Position numbers and translations under genes: made by a program. Shown here one piece after another: positions 57,842 to 64,000 of a DNA stretch of 64,000 nt; the stretch's first letter is position 1, and each line of letters begins with the position of its first letter. Below the pieces are notes generated by a model. It made no database searches and had not been told where the DNA came from. It was given only the letters and a program-made list of their open reading frames with translations. This stretch comes from a virus (taxonomy: Duplodnaviria > Caudoviricetes), in IMG/VR virus record IMGVR_UViG_3300020814_000535; one strand, given 5' to 3'.

Positions 57842-58027
57842 ATGAAGATTCTGCTCACTCCTGATGAATGGCTCGATGTCTGCAACGATCGTTCTTACAA
57901 AACGATCGGTGAATCTGATGCTGGTTTTACCCTCGCCAAGTTTGACTATCCTGGTCATCCCATTGATATCGTAGCTTTCAACTACGATACCTTGGATGCC
58001 TGGCGCCTTTCACCTGACGAGTACTAA
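57842..58027 (+). CDS. small acidic protein
   Basis: SD AAGGAG. Confidence 0.7.
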   Translation: MKILLTPDEWLDVCNDRSYKTIGESDAGFTLAKFDYPGHPIDIVAFNYDTLDAWRLSPDEY

Positions 58028-58080
58028 CGTTGTCCCTGTGGCTCTTGATTTCTAAGAGTCCATGGGAGAATGTTTGTGCT
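58020..58080 (+). repeat. intergenic hairpin element, family A
   Basis: Near-identical to 54892..54945 with a different apical loop. Confidence 0.75.
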
Positions 58081-58106
58081 AACTCTCAACCCAAGGAGGA
58101 ATTTCA

Positions 58107-58304
58107 ATGTCCGAACGTGAACGTGCATTGCTGCAGTGCAAGAGCGAGATTGACAACTATCTTAATCTCATTCTGCAGACGAAGTCTTGCCTTGCAATGA
58201 AGCAGAATGAGTATGTCAACAAGCTTTATCTTGTTGAGTATGAAAAGCAATTCGCCTTTTGGACCAATGCTTACGCAAGCTGGTTCGCGACCCAGGAGGC
58301 GTGA
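58107..58304 (+). CDS. small hypothetical protein
   Basis: SD AAGGAGG. Confidence 0.7.
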   Translation: MSERERALLQCKSEIDNYLNLILQTKSCLAMKQNEYVNKLYLVEYEKQFAFWTNAYASWFATQEA

Positions 58305-58307
58305 TCG

Positions 58308-58547
58308 ATGACAACTCAATTCCAAGAGAACTGCAAGTTCGTGTACAACTTCTTCCAGAATCACAAGGATGAAGTTGTGGTTTTGGATTGCAGGTCATAT
58401 TTGCCCGCGAAGTATGTCGAGGAGTTTACTCCGATGTATTTCGATATTCGCTGGCACAAGGATCATTTGTTCTTCCAGCCTATCCCATTGACATGGTGGG
58501 ATGATCGCTCGTATATTGAGTATCAGTCGTTTGATTGCGAGGAATAA
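58308..58547 (+). CDS. small hypothetical protein
   Basis: SD GGAGG. Confidence 0.65.
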   Translation: MTTQFQENCKFVYNFFQNHKDEVVVLDCRSYLPAKYVEEFTPMYFDIRWHKDHLFFQPIPLTWWDDRSYIEYQSFDCEE

Positions 58548-58748
58548 ATGACTATTCCATCTGAATTCAATGAACTTGAAGCTCTAATTCGTAGAGCTTC
58601 TGAATGTCTGAATCTTGCTGAGAAGTCTTTCCGCGAGGGAAGACATGTTGAGGCGGCGAGATTCAATTTCGTCGCCGAGTCTATTCAAAAGCAAGTTAGC
58701 GAGCGATTCTCGTTGCTCGCTCAAGCTATCAGACAACGGAGGAATTGA
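58548..58748 (+). CDS. small helical-hairpin protein
   Basis: Abuts the upstream stop. Confidence 0.65.
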   Translation: MTIPSEFNELEALIRRASECLNLAEKSFREGRHVEAARFNFVAESIQKQVSERFSLLAQAIRQRRN

Positions 58749-59179
58749 TGGAAGAACTGTTGAATCAGCTCCTACCTGAGATGAACAATCCTACTAACTA
58801 TTATGTCACTCCGATTTCTCCTGAGGAGTGGCGTTCTGTTTTGCGCGAGCCTAACTGGATTGTTTTCCCAGCGGATGGATATCTCTGTTATATCCATCGT
58901 TTCAAGAGGCAGGCTGTTGTTGCCTCGTTTGATTCTGCTGCGGAAAACACCAATCCATTCTACCGTGTTTCGGTAGATCTGCTCTGTGCTAAGTGTGGTG
59001 CGCCTACGCACCCTGCAACCTATCACGCTTGGTCAGAAACATGTGTCCTCTGTGGACCATGTGCTGACAGTTGGCGTGTGTGGTTGAAGCGCCGCGAAGC
59101 ACAATTCAGTCACTGCCTCCGGGGCGAAACTACATCTTTCGCCCAAGCAGCACTCACTTCGATCAAGCCTACCCACTAA
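58748..59179 (+). CDS. zinc-finger-containing protein
   Basis: CAKC...CGPC; SD GGAGG. Confidence 0.65.
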   Translation: MEELLNQLLPEMNNPTNYYVTPISPEEWRSVLREPNWIVFPADGYLCYIHRFKRQAVVASFDSAAENTNPFYRVSVDLLCAKCGAPTHPATYHAWSETCVLCGPCADSWRVWLKRREAQFSHCLRGETTSFAQAALTSIKPTH

Positions 59180-59195
59180 CCTACTCCCTACTGAT

Positions 59196-59250
59196 TTAGT
59201 TAACTGGCTGAGCAATGGTGCTCAATGCCAGTTTTTTATCTTTTTATTTC
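59196..59250 (+). repeat. hairpin + T-tract element, family B
   Basis: AACTGGCTGAGCA-ATGG-TGCTCAATGCCAGTT then T-tract. Confidence 0.75.
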
Positions 59251-59277
59251 TATGAGATTTCACAAGGAGACGGCTAG

Positions 59278-59460
59278 ATGCAGACGAAGCAAATCACCAT
59301 CAACGGTCAGCTTGTGAACGTGGTTGTTTGCGCGCCTTCCAAGCGGAAGGCAGCGTCTAGCATCCAGAAGCCTCGTCCTCCCATGCGTGATCAGCGGGGT
59401 GCCCGTTGGGCTGCTGAGCAAGCATGCCAGTTCGTTCGGAAGAACGAGGTGGAGAAATGA
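59278..59460 (+). CDS. small basic protein
   Basis: SD AAGGAG. Confidence 0.65.
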   Translation: MQTKQITINGQLVNVVVCAPSKRKAASSIQKPRPPMRDQRGARWAAEQACQFVRKNEVEK

Positions 59461-59669
59461 GCCTCCGTCTCATTATCGTGGACATGCACGAGGAACTCCG
59501 AGAGCTGGACCACGATCTCGATATGACGCTGCATTCTGCAGCGCTTAGCGAAGAATACTGCAATCCAGAGCAGGCACAGCGTTCGTTCGCTGATGCACTC
59601 TGCATCGAAGAACAAATCGCCCTGCTCAAACAAGCATTGAAGCTTGTTCAACAAGCTCTCGATCTCTAA
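59457..59669 (+). CDS. small helical-hairpin protein
   Basis: ATGA overlap with the upstream gene. Confidence 0.65.
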   Translation: MSLRLIIVDMHEELRELDHDLDMTLHSAALSEEYCNPEQAQRSFADALCIEEQIALLKQALKLVQQALDL

Positions 59670-59679
59670 GGAGAATTCC

Positions 59680-59886
59680 ATGCTTAAATCCTGGCAAGAA
59701 CTCACTGCTGAGAAATTGCTCAGTGATATTAACTGGGCTCAATCAGATGTTGATGAGTCAGCCAAGCGATTGGCTGAAGTGCAAGATCAACATCAGGAAT
59801 ATCTTGAGAAGCTCAGGTTTATGCAAAACGAGCTTCGGAGATTCCTAGCTGCCACTGGCTATCAACTACCTAACCCTCCATTCTAA
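59680..59886 (+). CDS. small coiled-coil protein
   Basis: SD AAGGAG before ATG 59680. Confidence 0.65.
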   Translation: MLKSWQELTAEKLLSDINWAQSDVDESAKRLAEVQDQHQEYLEKLRFMQNELRRFLAATGYQLPNPPF

Positions 59887-59930
59887 TTCCACTGGCAGTG
59901 AGTAATGGTACTCATTGCTATTTTTGTTTT
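59884..59930 (+). repeat. hairpin + T-tract element, family B
   Basis: TGGCAGTGAGTA-ATGG-TACTCATTGCTA then T-tract. Confidence 0.75.
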
Positions 59931-59958
59931 CCTACTTTTATGAAAAGGAGACACACCA

Positions 59959-60597
59959 ATGCATCTCACTCAAGACTTTGATCTCACCACCCAAGAACAG
60001 ATTGCTCAGGATGTTGCTGAGCAGTCCGAACTTCTTGCTCTCACGGATTCTATCCTGGAGCCCGAGCAAGCCGAGTTCGTGTTCGACGAGAACTCGGAAG
60101 ACCTGCCCTACCTGCGTACTGTGGTCAGTGATGACCACGAGCAGGAGCGCTGGATCACGGTGAAAGCCGGCCACTATGTGGACGGTATCTTTGGCCCCGA
60201 GTGGGTCAAAGAAGAGGTGGAGCTTGATATCTCCACCAACACCAGCGACATGCCCAGCTACTGGACGACGACTGGGAACAACCCAGTCATTCAGCCTCTG
60301 GCGCACCAAGGAGACGTTAACCGTCTCCTGAATGAGATTGAGGCGCCAGACAACTCGTTCTACTACGAGGGCACCGAAGGTGCCAAGGCGCGTTATCAGA
60401 ACTATCTGACCTATGCGCAGTGGATTTACAAGCACAGGTCAGAGCCCGAGCTTCTGCGTGAGGGCTGGAAGAAGTTCTGGAAGCGCTACTTTGGCCTCAA
60501 GGCCAAGAACGATTTGCTCTCATGGTTGACCAAGAAGCAAATCTCAGATCTCACCTACCAATTCAAGCTCTATAATTCGGAGCTTGGTAAGAAGTAA
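59959..60597 (+). CDS. acidic-N/basic-C protein (paralog of 56766..57548)
   Basis: SD AAAGGAG; shared motifs. Confidence 0.8.
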   Translation: MHLTQDFDLTTQEQIAQDVAEQSELLALTDSILEPEQAEFVFDENSEDLPYLRTVVSDDHEQERWITVKAGHYVDGIFGPEWVKEEVELDISTNTSDMPSYWTTTGNNPVIQPLAHQGDVNRLLNEIEAPDNSFYYEGTEGAKARYQNYLTYAQWIYKHRSEPELLREGWKKFWKRYFGLKAKNDLLSWLTKKQISDLTYQFKLYNSELGKK

Positions 60598-60662
60598 GTT
60601 GTTCCGCAGCCTGGTGCTGCGGTAGCTCTACTAGTTTTTACTAGTAGGGCTATCGGAGAATC
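60598..60662 (+). repeat. branched variant of family A element
   Basis: CCGCAGC/GCTGCGG plus GGTAGCTCTACTAG/CTAGTAGGGCTATC, ending GGAGAATC. Confidence 0.65.
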
Positions 60663-60674
60663 AGGAGAATTCCA

Positions 60675-60902
60675 ATGACTGCTCATGACAAGAAAGCACT
60701 ACTTGAATACATCGATCTTAGGATCGCTAATCTTCGGAGTGATATTGATTTCTATCTTAACAAAGCAGCTGACAGCGAATGGCAAAACCGTGTCGAGGCA
60801 GGATTGTATCTTGCCGACGCATTGGTTGCCGAAGAGAAGCTTCGCATTTGGCAACAGCGTCGCAGACAAACAGAACTAGAAGAACCGTTTACGGTTCGCT
60901 AA
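60675..60902 (+). CDS. small helical-hairpin protein
   Basis: SD AGGAG. Confidence 0.7.
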   Translation: MTAHDKKALLEYIDLRIANLRSDIDFYLNKAADSEWQNRVEAGLYLADALVAEEKLRIWQQRRRQTELEEPFTVR

Positions 60903-60913
60903 GGAGTTCACCG

Positions 60914-61099
60914 ATGGAACCTATTGAATGTCGTATTGAGAGACTTGAGCGTGAGCGTGATTCATGCCTTCAGACAGCTGAATGGTATGAATACAATCGT
61001 AATTTCAGACTTGTTGATTTCTATCTCAACAATGCTGTTAATTACGATCAACAACTCGAAGCTGCCCAAGCTCGCCTTCAAGCAGGTTTTGCTTTTTAA
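60914..61099 (+). CDS. small helical-hairpin protein
   Basis: SD AAGGAG before ATG 60914. Confidence 0.7.
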   Translation: MEPIECRIERLERERDSCLQTAEWYEYNRNFRLVDFYLNNAVNYDQQLEAAQARLQAGFAF

Positions 61100-61141
61100 T
61101 TTCTTTTTGAAATCAATTACAATCTCAACAAGGAGGCTTTC

Positions 61142-61450
61142 ATGTCTGACATGATTTCTCGCTTGTCCAAGAAGTGGACGGTGGTTAAGCCCGCCGAAGT
61201 TGTGCTTCAACCTATTTCGGCTGGTACGCCAGCTCCTGAGTTGGCAAGCATTTTTGCCAACGTCATTGAGATGCGTACCAGGCATCACAATCGCACCATC
61301 CCTGAGGTGTTGAAACCTCAGTGGTGGGAGCGGTATCGTAAAGAACTGTATAATTTTATCAATGCCACTAGCACCTTCGAACAGAAGTGTGCTATTAGTA
61401 GGCTTTCTACCTACGCATTGAATATCGGGCTTCCGAGGGAGGAGAAGTAA
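61142..61450 (+). CDS. hypothetical protein
   Basis: SD AAGGAGG. Confidence 0.7.
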   Translation: MSDMISRLSKKWTVVKPAEVVLQPISAGTPAPELASIFANVIEMRTRHHNRTIPEVLKPQWWERYRKELYNFINATSTFEQKCAISRLSTYALNIGLPREEK

Positions 61451-61632
61451 TGAAGACCTGCGAAAGCTGTAAGCATAGCGCTGGAGCGTTGTGTACTGTC
61501 CTCAATCCTTTCGATTATGACGACAGTCTCAACGATTGGTTTGCTGATGATGACACTGTCATCAGTTTTGATTCAACCATTGCTTTTAATCCCAATAAAC
61601 AATGTCCTAGTTATGAGGAGAAGAATCCGTGA
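61450..61632 (+). CDS. small Cys-rich protein
   Basis: CESCKH...C...C; TAATG coupling. Confidence 0.6.
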   Translation: MKTCESCKHSAGALCTVLNPFDYDDSLNDWFADDDTVISFDSTIAFNPNKQCPSYEEKNP

Positions 61633-61877
61633 AGAAGCTTCTTGTTTCTATTTGTTTGGCCGCGAGTTTGTTACTGGGCTGTGGCGCAGATCGTACCTTC
61701 AATGGTAAGTACTGTGCCACCTATGGCCTATTCAACAAGGACGAGATGAAATGTCCTGGTGTTCAGTACAGAGTGATTCCTGGTAATGTTATTTGGGGAA
61801 TCGTTCTTGCTGAGACCATTGCTGCACCCATCTATTTCTTTGGCTTCAGTATGTATGAACCTGTTGGTTTGAAATAG
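61629..61877 (+). CDS. putative lipoprotein
   Basis: MKK + hydrophobic stretch + lipobox LLGC; C-terminal hydrophobic segment. Confidence 0.7.
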   Translation: MKKLLVSICLAASLLLGCGADRTFNGKYCATYGLFNKDEMKCPGVQYRVIPGNVIWGIVLAETIAAPIYFFGFSMYEPVGLK

Positions 61878-62064
61878 TTTATTTTAGTTACTTCCCGCGA
61901 ATTTCTGGACAGACTTAAACCTCAAACTACAGAAAGGAAAACATTCATGAGATCAAGGCAGGTAACGCCTGCCACCTTGTAGCTTGTTGAACTTTCTATC
62001 TGCCAGCTAGAAAATGTCAACCGAGAGTTCATGACTCGAGCTACAAGGCCAAGAGGAGGAAGTT

Positions 62065-62277
62065 ATGGTACTTAAGTTTTCCCCGCCGACTTTTGATTGT
62101 CTCATGCATCCAGATCGTCCTAAGTTCAATGTTGATTATTGGCTTAATGATGAGCTGTATGTAGTAAGTAATCCTTGTTATCGCGATAGTGGTGGCAAGG
62201 ATAGATATACTATCTCTGGTGAATTCGAGACAAGTGAAACTCGTTCTATTTATTTCACATTGGCTCTGTTGAAATAA
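62065..62277 (+). CDS. hypothetical protein
   Basis: SD GAGGAGG. Confidence 0.65.
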   Translation: MVLKFSPPTFDCLMHPDRPKFNVDYWLNDELYVVSNPCYRDSGGKDRYTISGEFETSETRSIYFTLALLK

Positions 62278-62294
62278 CCAAGGAGACGACATCC

Positions 62295-62678
62295 ATGTCA
62301 AAAATGGCTCAGGTAGGCAAAACCGTAGTTGCAGCTGGAGGCGTAGCCGGTGCTGTATTGGGAGGCGCGAGTTTTCTCGCTGCCGTTGGTGCTGGGGCCG
62401 TTGGTCTCATTTCAGGAGGCCTGATGTTGGACGTGCTCATGGAAGGCACGGACAACAAGTATTCTCAAGCCTACAAGAAGCGCAAGGATTTGGCGCTTGC
62501 CGGCTTGAAGCTCGCTCTGTCCAAGGATGCCTACGACGTTGTTGATCTCGATCAACTCGAGGAGCTTCACCAGAAGCTTCAAATCGTAACTGAGTTGGCC
62601 AAGCAGGCAGAGCCTCTGCTTCAGAAGGAAGCAGTTGCCGAGTGGGCAGAACAGCCTGCTGCTGCACCAGCCAAGTAG
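62295..62678 (+). CDS. membrane protein with glycine zipper (paralog of 53502..53858)
   Basis: Shared N-terminal ~75 aa. Confidence 0.75.
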   Translation: MSKMAQVGKTVVAAGGVAGAVLGGASFLAAVGAGAVGLISGGLMLDVLMEGTDNKYSQAYKKRKDLALAGLKLALSKDAYDVVDLDQLEELHQKLQIVTELAKQAEPLLQKEAVAEWAEQPAAAPAK

Positions 62679-62730
62679 ATTTCGTTCAGTAGTTACTCGT
62701 GGAAATTAACAGTAACAAGGAGAATCCAAG

Positions 62731-63156
62731 ATGATGATTATTGATGGTTTGACGGATGTGAATCACAATGGGCATTGGGATGGGGATGATTTGGCCGCAG
62801 GCTTCAAGAAGTTGGGACTTGTTCCCGGCTCAGATCAAGCCAAGAAGTTGTGGAATCAGGTTGATCAAGATGCTCACAGCCCTGAAGCCAAGGCTGCTGC
62901 CCAAAAGATCAATCCCAAAGCAATTGGGATGTTCGAAGGGAAGCTGCTCATGCCAGCGGGTGGTCAACCAGGACAGGGTGATTTTCAGTTGCTGGTACAG
63001 AGGCTGCATTACCACGATGGGTTGGGCTGGGACCAGGCCAAGAAAATTGCAGATGCAGCCATGAAGAAGGTGGTTGCCAATCAGCAGCAAGCACCTGTAG
63101 CTCAGAAGCCGCTGTTCACTCCGGGAGTCAAGGCTGCTGTTGTTCCGGGTAGGTAG
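62731..63156 (+). CDS. hypothetical protein with EF-hand-like loop
   Basis: DVNHNGHWDGDD fits a DxNxNGxxDxxD loop; SD AAGGAG. Confidence 0.65.
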   Translation: MMIIDGLTDVNHNGHWDGDDLAAGFKKLGLVPGSDQAKKLWNQVDQDAHSPEAKAAAQKINPKAIGMFEGKLLMPAGGQPGQGDFQLLVQRLHYHDGLGWDQAKKIADAAMKKVVANQQQAPVAQKPLFTPGVKAAVVPGR

Positions 63157-63275
63157 CTCGTTTTTCCCGCCGCTTTTCCAATCCCACGTTAACTAGCTTA
63201 CTGCATCTTAACACCAGCAGTGTTAGCGTTCTGTTGTGATGTTATTGACATCAATGAAACGAAAGGACAAACACC

Positions 63276-63479
63276 ATGGCAACCGTAGGCATCATCGCAC
63301 TCGTTGTTGGTATCTCGGCTGCAAAGATTATTTCCACTGGCTTTCTGCTCGCTATTGGCTTTGCTCTTGGCAAGCTGTTGATTGATAAGATTTCTCAATG
63401 GCTCAAAGGCCGTAAGGCCATGGAATCTGATACGGTCAAGAACTTCATTAGCCAATTCACGCAATCTGTTACTGCATAG
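63276..63479 (+). CDS. small membrane protein
   Basis: Hydrophobic N-terminal half; SD GAAAGGA. Confidence 0.65.
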   Translation: MATVGIIALVVGISAAKIISTGFLLAIGFALGKLLIDKISQWLKGRKAMESDTVKNFISQFTQSVTA

Positions 63480-63496
63480 AAGCGGAGAAAACCTAA

Positions 63497-64000
63497 ATGT
63501 GTAATTTTCTGTCAGCAATTATTCGAAAGAATGGCGACGTGTTGTGTGACCCCGAACATACCGATTCTCATGAGGACTTAATCCTCATGTACGGTCTCCG
63601 AGATGGGGAATTGGAATTTCATCACCAGGAGTGGGTGCGGGTGGAATTTCTTCCGCCGTCGGATTCTTCGAAGACTTCAGATCTTTCCAACTGGAAGCTT
63701 GTTCTTGATGAAAATAACAAGCCTGACTGGTATGACGAGGTTGTTGTTCGTGAGAAGCTGGAACGTCGTGTTAGTCAGACGTTTGTTATTGACCATCGAA
63801 AAATTCTTGTTGGTGGTTGTTATCTTGTTTTTGGCGACGCTGTTGTTGATAAGGTTGTTGGGGCGAGAATAATGGGTGTTTGGGACAACGCCCAGATTCG
63901 GGGTGTTTGGGGCAACGCCCAGATTCGGGATGTTTGGGACAACGCCCAGATTCGGGGTGTTTGGGGCAACGCCCAGATTCGGGATGTTTGGGACAACGCC
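63497..64000 (+). CDS. repeat-containing (beta-solenoid-like) protein, truncated by window edge
   Basis: Not in track. Read manually: MCNFLSAIIRKNGDV...DSHEDL...VRVEFLPP, then (G/D)VW(D/G)NAQIR repeats; SD GGAG. Confidence 0.75.
   Translation, partial: MCNFLSAIIRKNGDVLCDPEHTDSHEDLILMYGLRDGELEFHHQEWVRVEFLPPSDSSKTSDLSNWKLVLDENNKPDWYDEVVVREKLERRVSQTFVIDHRKILVGGCYLVFGDAVVDKVVGARIMGVWDNAQIRGVWGNAQIRDVWDNAQIRGVWGNAQIRDVWDNA
63875..64000 (+). repeat. 27-bp coding tandem repeat
   Basis: GRTGTTTGGGRCAACGCCCAGATTCGG, about 4.7 copies, running off the window. Confidence 0.9.

Noticed and set aside
52859-60662. Family A hairpins as integron attC sites or a CRISPR array
   Set aside because: No consistent RYYYAAC/GTTRRRY cores, no integrase or cas genes in the window, irregular spacing around whole genes, and G-T pairs favour RNA structure
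61947-61982. 11-codon ORF after GAAAGGA (MRSRQVTPATL)
   Set aside because: Too short to support, and it lies within the structured RNA candidate; a leader peptide cannot be excluded
63875-64000. Tandem repeat as CRISPR or a DGR variable region
   Set aside because: No spacers, in-frame coding repeat, and no reverse transcriptase or template repeat in the window
1-64000. Stop-codon reassignment (TAG or TGA recoding)
   Set aside because: Very long intact ORFs in code 11; TAG and TGA end genes right before the next SD or start
1-64000. tRNA or rRNA genes
   Set aside because: No cloverleaf or rRNA-like segment seen by eye; tRNAscan-SE or Aragorn would be decisive

Overview
A segment of a large contractile-tailed (myovirus-like) dsDNA phage genome in genetic code 11, with two opposed blocks. 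(1) Positions 1-~52,180, minus strand: a late/morphogenesis block. In transcription order it holds small hypotheticals, a Cys-rich possible TerS, a Ser/Thr-type kinase, four Gly/Ala-rich hydrophobic proteins, intein-containing TerL, lectin/kelch/Ig-like fibre-type proteins, a portal-MuF fusion, prohead protease, a capsid-associated protein, major capsid protein, neck proteins, a tnpB-only IS607-like insertion, tail sheath, three tube-like paralogs, two chaperone-like paralogs, a 2111-aa protein with two inteins, a 1548-aa protein, an M23-peptidase-bearing hub and baseplate genes. (2) Positions ~52,350-64,000, plus strand: an early/host-takeover-like array of small genes separated by repeated structured elements. 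The main find is that the 1548-aa tail-module protein carries, in order, the beta- and beta'-type motifs of a two-barrel RNA polymerase (catalytic DYDAD), making it a candidate single-chain virion RNAP. The early block carries two families of repeated intergenic hairpins and several pseudoknot or multibranch RNA candidates. Several late genes appear to be driven by a TTGGCA-N17-RAYAAT promoter placed to give leaderless mRNAs. All calls come from reading motifs by eye; no database searches or folding programs were run.
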